Shown here: piece after piece, positions 48,601 through 62,942 of the stretch
How the letters are laid out: every line of letters begins with the position of its first letter
Position numbering within the stretch: the first letter of the stretch is position 1
Assembly: GCF_009914755.1 (NCBI RefSeq)
Contig: NC_060932.1
Reading direction: 5' to 3' (one strand)
Length of the DNA stretch: 64,000 nucleotides
Origin: the human T2T-CHM13v2.0 reference genome, Homo sapiens
Notes under the pieces: generated by a model
Databases searched by the model: none
What the model saw: only the letters and a program-made list of their open reading frames with translations
Told to the model about the DNA's origin: nothing
Translations under genes and position numbers: made by a program

Positions 48601-50049
48601 CATTATTTTGTACTTTTAAAAAATAATTGGTAACTCCTTTGTATGTGAGAACACAAGAATTTAGAAGTCAAGCAGGGAAGCATCGACTTCATTCTTTTCT
48701 ACTGTGTGATTCTGAGATGCTATTGTTCTCCTTAAAACCTAAATTTTCCATCTGTAAAGTGAGATGAAAAATCTCTAATTCCCTGAGAGTGGGGGAAAAG
48801 GAATATTTAATTCTTTTGAACTTTGTACTGTGTATATATATTGCCTATTAACAAAATAATAAAAGGACATAAGTCTACGTGTCCAAATATCCTTTTTGCT
48901 TTTCTTTGTTTTCTATGGTTTATAATAATCAGCTTGTATTGGGAATCACTGATGTAAAAGTCAACCCACTTCACTGACTACCATAGGCATCTCTTGGAAT
49001 AAACTGGCTAGAGTTTATTCTTGCTAATAACTTTGACTATATTCACCCACAAGTATTTACTAAGAGTAGCCCCTGTGTGGCCTCAGTACTGAAGTAGTGA
49101 ATTATTTAACTAGTCTATAGTGAATTATTTAACTAGTCTAAGCAAAAATAAAGTCAAACAGTGCTAAAACATGGTCATAGATCCAAAGTTAAGTACCTAT
49201 TCATTCTCTCACTCTGAACTGGGAAGTCCCAGTTCTTCCCTCTAATTGCAGAGCATCACTGAGGATGCAGAATTCCGAGTGGTGCACTACACTTATTCAA
49301 ACTGATGGGAAAACAATGCCATCAGCATGAATCAATAGGAATGGTGCTCTTGGCCAGGAGACTGTTATTTCTGGGGACGGCACGCACACTCATTTCTGAG
49401 GCTGAGAAATGACACTATTAGTGTTAGACTTAGCAGTACAACAATGCTTTCCAAACTTTTTTACTAGGAAATAACTTTAGCACCAGTAAGTATGTATGTA
49501 TATGTGTGTATGTATATATATTTATATGTATATCTCCTGTTTATATTTTACAAGTCTGATTTTATAAACTTCCAGATGTTCCACCAGAGTTTTCTCTTTT
49601 TTGATTTTACCTTATTACTGTCCTTTACTGCTGTTCCTCTTACTCTATAAACAGAAATTTCCTAAGCTTCTTCCACTCCCCATTTTCCTACTCTCAAGGC
49701 TCTGAGAATTTGAGCTAAGAGACAACCTTAAGTATTGGGCAAAGGTCACTGAACTACCATTCAGAACCCAGGGATTCAGATCATGACTGGCTGTGTGATT
49801 CTGAGATGCTATTGCTCTCTTAAAACCTAAATTCTTCCATCTGTAAAATGAGATGAAAAATCTCTAATTCCCTGAGAGTGGGGGAAAAAGAATAGTTAAT
49901 AATTTATCATGAAGTGTTAGCTCTTTGGGATAAAAGTTTCAAATGAAATACGAGGATTTAAATCCAAAGGTATGACACTGATTTTTCAAATTTAGCATTG
50001 TCAGCACTTAACCATGTTTCCTAAAAGCATGAATTCACTCAATCCCAAA

Positions 50050-50710
50050 TGCCATGGTATGAGACAGTTATCTGTCATCACCACCTTCTCCATTTTATAG
50101 AAGCACAGAGAAGTCACTGGTCCCTGGCTATTCAGCTAATTAGTGACAGAGTCAGGAGTCAAAACTAGGTAGCTGGGTGCCAGAGTCTAGTTACTAGGCA
50201 GCCAGTAACTACGAAATCACAGCCAGTTAACTTCCAACTGTGTCCCTTCCTTGCTCAAAAGCCTTCAGTGGCTCTTGAAGCCTAATAATAAGTACAGACT
50301 CCTTAGCTTAGCAATAAAGACACTCCAGCTACCTTTCTTTCCTGTTTCATTCCCCATGAAAATCCTTCCTATGTCCTCCCGTGCTCCAGCTCAACTGTAC
50401 CAGCCACACTTCCCTGAATAGATCCCATGTGGTCCTGCTCTGTGCTTTGCCTCTGATCATCTCTGTATCTGGAATCCACCTATTCTCACCTCCTCTTCAC
50501 TTTTCTACATTTTAACCTTTCTTTCAAGGTCCTTGCAAGGGGCCATGTCCTTCATGCATTTTCCCCTGCCCTTCTCAACCACAGCTGGTTGATAATCTTC
50601 CCGGGGAATTTTATCTCTGCTCTCCTCTGCATGTATCAGTTTCTGTACATACTATGTTCCCTCCTTAGTAAGAGATGAGCTCCTCGAAGGCTGCAATATT
50701 ATTTTCTTCC
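50050..50710. mobile_element. MIR and L2 fragments
   Basis: ccattttatagaagcacagagaagt MIR core; ctgctcaaaagccttcagtggctc-like L2 motif. Confidence 0.6.
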
Positions 50711-51023
50711 TCATGGAACTTTTAAATTTTATTAAAAATTTAAGCCATTCCTGTTCTTTTTTTTAAAAAAAAAACCAAATGCATGCATGCTTGTTGCAAA
50801 AAAAGAACCCTCACAGAATACATCTCTTAGAAAGTGAAATCCACCATTATCACCCCTCTACCCCTGCCCTAAGAGAACTGTGGTTAACAGTTTGGAATGT
50901 ATTCTTATAGAGCTTTTTCATGCAAAAAATTATTTACAGAAATGGAATTATACTACATGTAAAGCTCTGTACTTTTTTCACTTAAAATGTATAGTATTTT
51001 TCATATAGATATCTACCTCATTC

Positions 51024-51328
51024 TTTTTTTTTTTTTTTTTTTTTTGAGACAGCGTCTGGTTCTGTTGCCCAGGCTGGAGTGTAGTGATGGAATCATAGTT
51101 CACTGCAACCTTGAACTCCTGGGCTCAAGTGATCCTCTTGCCTCAGCCTCCTGAGTAGCTGGGGCTACAGGTGTGCACCACCATGTCCACCTAATTTTTA
51201 AAAATCGTTCCCAGAGACAGATCTCGCCATGTTGACCATGTTAGTCTGGAACTCCTGGGCTCAAGTGATTCTCCTGCTTTGACCTTTCAAACTGCTGGAA
51301 TTATAGGCATGAGCCACCCCACCCAGCC
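51024..51328 (-). mobile_element. AluJ inside old L1 fragment
   Basis: Antisense dimer, cctcattctttt TSD. Confidence 0.88.
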
Positions 51329-52621
51329 CTCATTCTTTTCTAAGTGCAGCATAGCATAAGATTGTAGTGATGCACCTGTTCAATCCCTTCTTGATGCGCA
51401 TGAAAGTGATTTCCAATTTTTACCATTATGACCAATGCTGCAGTGAATATAAATACATATGTGTGTGCATGTATTGCTATCTATATATCCATATAACTTT
51501 CTTTGGATAGGCAATTGCTAGGTGAAATGGAATGGAGATTCTAAATGATGATAAATATAGGAAGTGTCAGCGGTGGGAAGGAAGAGTCTTGTTTTATGCT
51601 TTTCTGCATCCTTCACAAGGCCTAACATTGCATCTACCAGTGTAGCTTGGTAGGTAAAAGACCAGGCTCTGGCCTCTGGCTGTCCAGGTTTGTATCAGGG
51701 CTTTATCTGTATGCCTTAGCCATCTCATCACCATAAAATAATGGCAGGGTCATTGTCATTATAAAGCTTAAATGAGATAATACATGCATAACAATTAGCA
51801 ATTAGTAAGTACCTGGAAAACAAGTAAATGCAAGACATACAGAAGGAAAAATGGTAATGGGTTCAGATAATTGTTTGTTGAATGAATTGGACTGAATAAA
51901 ACAATGGCAGTTTGAGCAATCATTCTAGAAATGGATGGTACAGAACTATTCATACTTTGCTATCAAAACCCATAGCAACTATTTATAAAATGACTGGCTA
52001 ACATTAGAGGTGCAGTGTATAGCCCTGGAGCAATCCATCTCTGTGCAAAATGAACTGGCCTGAGCCAGAATCAAACCAATGACCTTGGCCTCTTTGGCCC
52101 CACACTTTCCCTAATAGAACTAACTGGCCCCAGCTGCAGCCTTATGTAATGGGTATCTATGAGGACAGAACAATAGTTCCCTGCAGGGTACACTGGCTCA
52201 CCACTGGAGGTTGTTAGGTTATCTAGCTAACCAGCCATTAACATTGAAAATGAATAGAAAGTACATAAATAAATGCTTAGAGTAGTGCATAAGGTTTTCT
52301 GTTGAGATTCTTAGGTTCTAGGCCAGAAGTTTTCATCTTGGTGGCAAGGTTTCTATACCAATACTAGAAGATTCTAAGGTAGTCAACTCTGGGTTCTAGA
52401 ACCAACTCTGCCACTAACTATTATAGCTTCAAAACCTTGAGCAAATTGTTGAGCTTTATTTTACCTTGGTACAACAAGGGGGCTGAAATAGCTCACATGA
52501 AACGTCCTTTTTTGACATTCCTTTCCCCACAGGTACAGTCACATTCTCAGACATCAGGGCTGTTTATTGCACTGAACAAAATTAAAGTATAAAATTAGGC
52601 AACAGCAATACTGTACTTTCA

Positions 52622-53276
<655 letters not shown>

Positions 53277-53534
53277 TGTCCCCCCAAAAAGAGAGAAAGG
53301 GATGGCAAAACATAGCAGGGCACAGACTCACTTGACGCCTGCTTCAAGGTGACATGAGAGGAGGGTGGGGGTGGGGGTCCCTCTGAGGAAGCCCTGGGAG
53401 ATCCAGGAATAAGAGAGTGGACATTAGTGCAGGATTTGTCATCTAACTGGGGCCAGGTCCTGGCCAGGGACAAGTGTAGCAGTAAATGGGGCTCCAGTGA
53501 AGTATGAGCATCTCCCCGAGTGCACTGATGATGA

Positions 53535-54005
<471 letters not shown>

Positions 54006-54623
54006 TGACAGCACTTACTCTCTGTGCCATTCCCAGGGCACAAGCCTGCTTCAGCCTTCTAGAGACACCTGTATTCTCTTGCCACCCAAGGCCTTCTGCT
54101 TCTCTTTGCCTCCCAGCATCCAATACAGTAGTGCTCAGGAAATACTTGTGGCTCTGTGATGGAGTGACTCAGGCAGCCCCACGGGGAGTAGAGTTTTATG
54201 AGTTTAATATGAACCATACCCTGAAATCTGAGAAATTTACCTCATTGCTCATGCTGGAAACCCTCAGTTCCAGTCGGATTTGCTTGGAGCTGGATGGAAT
54301 TGTGTTGCTTTTCATACTGAAAATGATCATCTAATTTTTAAATTTAAAAAACATTTACGTAGCACCTACTTCACGTTCGACAGGAATCTCAACACTTCAC
54401 AAATGTTAACTCACTGACTTTTCCTAACAGAGGCATTGAGAAGTTAAGTAACTTGCCCAGGGGTCAAAGCCAGTAAACGGCAGAGCTGGGCTTCAAATCC
54501 AGGTTCCTTGCTTCCAGAGGAGATGCTCTTCAGTTTGTTCTGGTGCCTGAAACTTACAGATGAGTGGCAAAACCCTCCATGAACGGGGAAAAAAAAGACA
54601 TTGATGTATTTATTTCAAGGGAA

Positions 54624-54624
<1 letters not shown>

Positions 54625-54657
<33 letters not shown>
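54625..54657. repeat. (TG)n microsatellite
   Basis: Direct read, ~16 units. Confidence 0.95.
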
Positions 54658-54660
<3 letters not shown>

Positions 54661-55477
54661 GCCCATCGTCCCCCTTTTCTTCCTCATTGAAAGCAAAATG
54701 CTCTAAAGCAAACAGTCTTTTTTCACACCTGAGACACCGGCGGTGTTCATTTTTGCTTTGGCAATCAAAATGGAAGAGGAAACTTGTGTGGTTTCATCAC
54801 TGGTGCTTTCGGGGTGTGTGGGGCGGGCTGTCCTTCTCCCTCGGTCCTGGCTCATCGGCCCGAGCCCCTCTCCCCAGGCCTTGTGGCCTCCGGTCGGTCG
54901 TGGAGACATAAGAGGCCGCCTTTCCTCTGTTAACACCGGGAATGTGCCCCAGCCTCTCCCTCCTTCCTGCAAATCCAGTCCTCGTCCTGGAGAACCTCAG
55001 CGTCTTCTTATGCCTGCCTCTTTCAAAGCCTCGTAGGATTTACACCTGATTAACAACGTTTGCATTAGGATCGCCAGACACCGGCGCACGGCCCCGCAGG
55101 CCCGCGCGAATCTTCTACATTTTCATGTTTCGGATGTTGTCCACCTGACTTGATGCATATTCAAATGTCTCTCTCCCGACGTGGGAGGCCGGAGTCAGAA
55201 CCTGACAGACCTGCCGTTTACTAACTGGGTACCCAGGGCAAATTACTTCACAAGTCTGAGTCTCGGTTTCCTCACCGTGAACCGGACTGGTACCCATAGG
55301 TTGCGGCGTGGATCAAATGAGATAGCGCAGGGGCGGGACCCGCGCACAGCAGCTCTCTTAGTTCCTCTTGGCGAGGTTTACGTAGTAACACATGCTTGTC
55401 TGTTTCCCATTTTTTCCCAGAGCACCCTCATGCTCTGGGGGCAGGAAGGGAGTCTTCGCATCACACTGAAAAAGTCC

Positions 55478-55650
55478 CAACGGGCACGGTGTAGGCGCCT
55501 GTGGTCCCAGCTACTCGGGAGGCTGGGGCAGAAGGATCGCTGGACCCAGGAGGTCGAGGCTGCAGTGAGCTATGACTGCGCCACCGCACTCCAGCCTGGG
55601 CGACAGAGCCAGACCCTGTCTTGATTAAAAAATAAAATAAAATAAAGAAA
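55478..55650 (+). mobile_element. Alu right monomer (FRAM-like)
   Basis: Right-arm sequence, (TAAAA)n tail, aaagtcc flanks. Confidence 0.85.
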
Positions 55651-56229
55651 TTAAAGTCCTTATAACCCTGGTTAGAGCGTTCCCGCCCACTGGTCTCTTA
55701 GGGCACATTTAGGACAACCTGAAGAAGCCACTCTTCTTGGGACCCTAACCCTTACCCCAACTCCTCGGTCCCCAAAGGCTAAGGGCTCGGGATCCGAAGG
55801 AGGCCCAGCTGAGGTCGCTGGGTGGGGCTCTGGGAGGAGGAAATGGGGTTCTTGAGGGAGCTCGCGCTCCAGCTCGCCTCCTCCTGCGAGGACGCCCCCT
55901 GCCCGGACACCTGCTGCCCGAGCGAGCGTCGGGGCCGGGCCTCCCCGCGGGGCAGTCTCGGCGCGCAGGTCCCACCTGCCAGGCGCGGAACGCGGGCGGC
56001 CTCGGGCGCAGCCTCCGGGCGCCCCGCCCCCGCCTCCCCCGCGCGGCCCCGGCGCCCGGCCGCACCCCCTCCCAGCCCGCGGCGCCCCGGCACCCCTCTC
56101 CCTCCCCGGCGGGCTCCGCGGAGCATTGTACTCACATCCGGGGCTGGGTTTTGCTTTAATGCGAAACGTAATTAACCCGGAAAAAAGAGCCGAGGGACGG
56201 GAGAGAAGGAGGGGGCACTGGGGGAGACC

Positions 56230-56369
56230 AGAGCGAGGGGAGCGAGAGGCGCGGAGAGTTTGGCAGGCAGACCCAGAAATCCCTGGAGCGCGGCGGACCC
56301 GGCGGCCGGAGGGGCGACCCCGCCCGATGTAACGCGCCCCGCCCGAGCCCCGGCCCCTGCACGGGGGGG
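56230..56369 (+). other. PLEKHA2: Non-coding exon 1 (5'UTR) of PLEKHA2; TSS approximate
   Basis: Strong donor GGG|GTAAGT at 56370; purine-rich leader inside the CpG island matching my recollection of the PLEKHA2 5'UTR; coding start lies beyond the window. Confidence 0.75.
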
Positions 56370-59300
56370 GTAAGTTGGGCGCCCTCGCGGGCTCGGGAGT
56401 GGAGAGGCGCAGAGGGGCGCGCGGGGGCTGGCGGGGCTGGGGGTGCAGGGGGCGCCCCGGCGGAGGCCTGGCGGCCTAGGGGCGCGAGGGGCGCGCGCGC
56501 AGGGCTGAATACGCCGGTCCTAGTGGCTGACAGGCGAGGGGAGGTGGCCGCAGACCCTGGAGGCCTCCTCCAACCCTCTGGGAGAGCCCCGAGGGCAGCC
56601 CCTCCTCCAAGTGCCCCGGGTGGCCAAGGTCGCCGCCGCCAGGGGTCGGGCTGCGGGGGGTGGGGCCGTGGAGAGGGTGGGGGCGGGAGTTCTGCTGAGC
56701 TGCATTTTCTCACGTTTGCAGCAGCGAAACTTCTCTGCGGGTTCTGGCGCTGGGGCACCGACCCCGCAACGACTGCCCGGGCTGCGGGAGGGGAGGAGAG
56801 CAGAGAACGTCCCCAGGCAAGTCCCTTGGGTACGGATTGGGCCATGGAGACTCCTCTTTCACTCCCCCGACTACCTTATTAAATGACAGGCCTAGAAGGC
56901 TCCCCTAGGGACTCCTGTCCTTTCCTCTGGGTGCAGCCTGGACTTCGGGCTTCTGGAACTCCAGACAGTGAAAAGGACTGCCCTAAAATGCAGGTTCGGT
57001 GCCAGGTTGGGTGAGCCCTCGAGGGGAGCTGTCGTTCTCTCTCTCACCAACTTCTTCCTCACCTTACACGCTTCCCTTTTCTCCTCCAGTCCTAAAGACG
57101 ATTTCACCAAAATTTTTTTAAAAAGAAAGAGAAAAGAAGGGTGTGGGGGGGGGTGGTGGGAAGCTAGGCCGTTTAGAAGGGAAAAGTGTCCCTGCACGCC
57201 CAGAGAGGGGCGCAGGGCCCGCTGCGGCCGGAGCACCCTCACATCTCCTCCCCGGGGCCAGCCCTGCCCCCAGGCCCTAGCCTTAGGGTTTGGCTTCCTT
57301 CCTTCTTGGTGAACGCAGGTTCAGGATGTATCTTCCCCTTCTCATTCCTTCTTCCTGCCCGCCCCCTTTCTTTCTTTAGGGCTCCAAGTGGGGTTTTCAG
57401 AGGACAGTAAACGGCAGAGAAGAGGGAGGGGAGAGCACCCCACCAGAAAGCCAGCTGTGGCTCTGGGGGCTCTGAAGGCTGAGCTGTAGATGCACTTGGG
57501 GCTGAAGTCCCAAGATTGCACTAATGGTGTTCTTAATCTATCTGACCAAGTCCCATTTTCCCTTCTTTTGTCATTTTTTTTCTTTGGTTGCGAAGCCTTC
57601 CGAAACAGCAAAGCAAAAGATCTTGAAAGAATAGAAGTTTTTGCTTTCTATTTCGGTTGCATTCAGTTGACATGTATTATACATGCAAGGCAGTGATGAA
57701 CAAAACACAACCCCTGTCTTTATTTTTTCTTTTTCCTTTACCTCTGGAGGGCTGGACCCTGTCTTTGGCGAGCTTACAGGACTTGTAAGCCCCCCACTTG
57801 TTTTGAGAAGCCAGAGTAAGCTTTTAGAAAGCATCATCATCATCTCAGACATTAGCCCTCTTCACCATGTGCCGCCTGAAGGCAGATGACTTTTGCACTA
57901 TCAGAGGTCTAGCTTGTAGTCTAGATTATGGCCAGCCCAACGTATGACATGTACCAGGTGCTAAGTAAATGTTTATTGCATTAATGAATGAATGCAAACA
58001 CATGAATTGTTTGCACTTGTCCAAATGGCAGAGAAAAGAGCAGTGTGGTTGTTCCTCAAACCTGTAGGGATTTGGTTCTCCAAGCTGGTACATGGGAGTT
58101 ATTAGTCCGGATGTTGCCTTTACACCTAAGTATCCTTTGACCCTGTTTGTACATTACAGCATGCTTTCTACAAATTGTCTATGGCACTCCTAGTGGGGTT
58201 TTAGCTAGCTGGTAATGGGAGCCTTGCTCATTTCACAGATTGGTAATTACCTTGGTATTGATTGAGAAACTGCCTGCCCTTTGGTGAAGAGTTTTTGCAA
58301 CCCTTTCTTTTTCCTTGTCATTGGTGCTTTCTTCTCTCTTCTGTGTTAAGGAAATAGGGCCTGCAGATCCCATCATGTCATGGTAGTGAGCTGAACCATA
58401 TTCAGCTCGGTATTTTTGAGTGGTTAAAATAAATCTTGAAGACATGCAGGTTTTGGTTGGTGCAGGTTTTTGTTCTGCAGAAGTGGGAAGGGGAAGGCTG
58501 ATGAGCCCTATCAGCTGAGCCCCAGAGCAGCCCTCCCACTACCTTGCCAAGTGTTTGCCGAAGTGCTAGGATACTAGGAAGACCCAAGCAGCGTTGGTCT
58601 CCTGTCCAATTCATGGGACAGATGGACAGGTGGGTGATGCCCCTGCTGAAAGGCTGGATGACTCAGATGAGAGCTTGCTGCAGACCACAGTGCATCAGAA
58701 TATCTCTTCTGATTCACGGAAACTGCTGTGGCTCGACTTATTCCGGTTGTGATAGACCTAGGGCTTGGAAAAGAGGATCTGGGTGCTGGGACGTTGGGTT
58801 GCTCTGCCCCCTCTCTTTTTCCACCATGAACAGTTTGGGTTGCCTTACTTTCCGTTTTCCATCTGTCTCAGTGAGCTGGATGGGACTCCAGCAATCTAAT
58901 CTGGTAGGCTTTGGAAAGGAAGGAAGGAAAGCAAATATTATAGTGTGTTGGCCTATGGGAAGAGAAGAACCCTGGCCCTGCCTGATATGAGCCCATTATT
59001 GAGATGGGGTATTGGACAGGCGGGGGAGATAGGGCAGCTGAGAGGTGGGAGGGATGCGGCCCCATCCTGTCAGTAGAGGAGGCCGGGGGTTGGTGTAGTG
59101 AGACCCTACTGTTCCTTCTGAAAGCCCCTTCCCTGCCCTGACCCCAGTTGACTGAAGTGATTTGTTATGCATTAAAGCCGGAATTGGGCTTTCTCACTGT
59201 GGAGGTCCCAGCCCTGCTGGGGCAGGGGCTCCTGATATTGCCCAGTGTGGGCAAAAGGCTTGGGGGCTTTGGCCCTGTGGTGTGCCTTTTGCCCACAGTG

Positions 59301-60098
59301 CCTGGTCAGCTGAGATGAAGAGGATGGGAAGCTGGGTCCTCTTGTCCTTATGCTCTTGAGAAGCACTGCAGTTAAAGTGCGAAGGCTGGGACTCAAATTT
59401 GGCTGGCCCCTTGCAAAGCAGCTCTCTGCTGGTATGATTGCCCATGGCTGGATCAAGAGGCAGCTTGCCTTGGAAACTGACGAGCATGTCTAGGTTTCTG
59501 TTAACTCTCAGGGTAGCCTGGCCAAGAAGGAGTCAGCACATTGCCTGGACTTTTTGTTTTAAACCTCCTGGAGAATTTTTAGAGATGTAAAATGTGGTGT
59601 TTCTTGGAGTAGAGGGAAGAGTGAGGGAAGCTGATGCCTTTCCTCGTGAGAGGAATCCCAGAGTCGCAGCTTTTTCATTGACATTTGCTCACTGGAGTTA
59701 GAGGGATGGAGGTGCGCATGCAGCAGCTGCCTGCCCAGTGTTAAGCAACTTTGCAGTAGTAATGATGACCATGTACTCCTTGTTAGGCACCCACACATGC
59801 AGTTTAACAACAACAATATTTACCCAATGTCTGGGTGTCCAGCACTTTTCACACATTATTTCATTTAATCCTCACAGCAGCCTTTGAAGTAGGTAAAGCA
59901 ATTATCTCCATTTTGCAGATTAGGAAATAGACCCTGAAGACTTAAGCAACTTTTCTGCGTTTGAATCCAGGTCTGTCTGGCTCAAGACTCATGCTCTTTC
60001 CCTTCACTCCACTGCATGGATGGGATGGGTAACTGAAATCAGCACACCCTTTTGAATGGTCATCTTCTTGCAAAAGTTCCCTCAAAAATACTCATATT

Positions 60099-60394
<296 letters not shown>

Positions 60395-60564
60395 TTTTTT
60401 TTAAATACTCATACTGATTATTGTCACCTGCACATCCTCCTTACCACACCCAGCCCCTCCTCCTTCCCTAAATCAAGAGACAGAAGCACATGTCTTTAGA
60501 GGAACAGAGCTAGGCCATTTACGCTCCCCCCTCACCACTCCCCTGCCCCACCCCCAGCACTTAG

Positions 60565-60907
<343 letters not shown>

Positions 60908-62418
60908 AGGAGAAATGGTGTTTTCTTTTCATTCTCTTAACTGCCCATGTATTAGTACCCTTTGGTTGACATCGTCCATTATAAAATGAAGATTAGAGTT
61001 CCAGGACTCGCAGCTGTTGTTAGGAAGCCCAATAGTGAAACCGAATTCATTGTGGGGAAACTTTCACAATTCTGAAAGTTGGAGATCTCAGCTTTTATAG
61101 GCTGTAAAGCCAGTATGGCTGCGTGCCTGCACTGGTGCCCTCTCTGGTGGAGATGGTCTGATGAGCCTTCAGCCCCGGGCAGGCTTTTGTTTCCTGCAGG
61201 CTCCAACAACCACATTTTCTTTGAATGTAGATGAGGCTGCTGTGAAGAGAGGTCATGAGTGTCTGAAATATTTTGTTGTTTTTGGCATCTTTATTGCAGT
61301 GGTATCAATTTCCAGTTACTCCTGCCTTACACCCCTCCCCCCATATTTTTTCAAAAATTCCTTCTTGAGTATCTCTTGCTCTCTACTCCAAGTTCTAGGG
61401 TCCAGTGGGGATTGGGCTATCTCAGGGTCAAGCCAGCACCCTGTCTGATCCGCCCCCCGCCATTCCTGTACATGTTTGCATTCCTCACCCTGCACTTCCT
61501 CTGGGAACTTGTTCTCAGTACGTTCCCTTCTCTCGCACTTTATTCTCCCGCCTTACACTATTTGGAATCTGCTATCATGACAGTTTCAAAATGCGGCCAT
61601 GTTAGAGCAGTAGGAAGTGGAGGCTTCCACACTTCCTAAGTTATAATCTTTGACCCATTCTCAGGGATGTGTTCTCAAATAGCCATGCTTGCATTTTGCT
61701 GTTGTTTTTACTGGGTTTGTACATTGCGAAGGCTCTGGTTGGCTTCACAATATATCTTGATGTATGCTGCAAATCTGAACATATATGAACTCTGTTGACA
61801 TGGTCCGTATGTATTCTAGCAACAGGTGAGTGACTGCTCCATATCTCTATACCTCAGTTCCTGTCTGCTGTATTTCATACAGTCCTCTTTGAGATCTCTG
61901 ATGTTATTTCCCAAAAAACTTTCTCCTGTTACCCAGTTGAGCCATTTCTGGTTGGTAGAACCTCAGTCACTACTGAAGCTGCTGCCTGCAGCTTCTGCCC
62001 TGGTAGGGGTAACAGGACAGAAGATGTACGTACCACACGCCCCACTCCTTGTCAAAAAGCACCTTTTGAATATTTTCTGGAGCAAAATCCCAGAAATTCC
62101 TTGTCCTGCTAACACAGAATGTGAAAGAAACATCTCTAAATTTTAAAAATGAGTAATTTTTTTCTCATTTTTGAACTGAGGTTGTAGTAATTTTGTACTT
62201 CAGCCAATACCACTGAAGGCTTTATCTCTGTTATCACTTTCTCTTATTATTTATCTCAAAAATGCTAAAGTAGTCAGGCAGAGTCTCCCATATTTCCCTC
62301 TATTCTTTCCTCTGTCTCCAAATTATGTTAGCCATCTTCAAAATCAAGAGGGCTATTCAGAAAACCACAGCTCTCATTACTTAATACCTTTATAGCTTTT
62401 CTTTAAAATAAATCTATC

Positions 62419-62705
<287 letters not shown>

Positions 62706-62743
62706 CTATTCATCTTTTCACTCATCCAGCCAGCCACTTATTT

Positions 62744-62942
62744 TATGTATGTATGTATGTATGTATGTATGTATGTATGTATGTATGTATTTTTGAGACA
62801 GGGTTTCACTCCTGTCACCCAGGCTGGAGTGCAATGGTGTGAGACATTGGCTCAACTGCAACCTCCACCTCCTGGGCTCAAGAGATTCTCCTGCCCTAGC
62901 CTCCCCAATAGTTGTGACTATAGGTGCACACCACCTCACCTG
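62744..62942 (-). mobile_element. Alu right arm with (TATG)n tail microsatellite
   Basis: (TATG)~11 then antisense right monomer. Confidence 0.85.

Larger units (their letters stand above)
54730..57320. promoter_or_regulatory. PLEKHA2: CpG island promoter (core ~55780-56800)
   Basis: Sharp rise in GC and CpG density, several GC boxes (GGGCGG/CCGCCC), CCGGAA ETS motif at ~56177; gene identity from known TACC1-PLEKHA2 order and ~48 kb spacing. Confidence 0.88.

Noticed and set aside
55745-56886. R/P/G/A-rich ORFs up to 229 aa
   Set aside because: Expected from stop-codon scarcity in a CpG island; no recognisable domain
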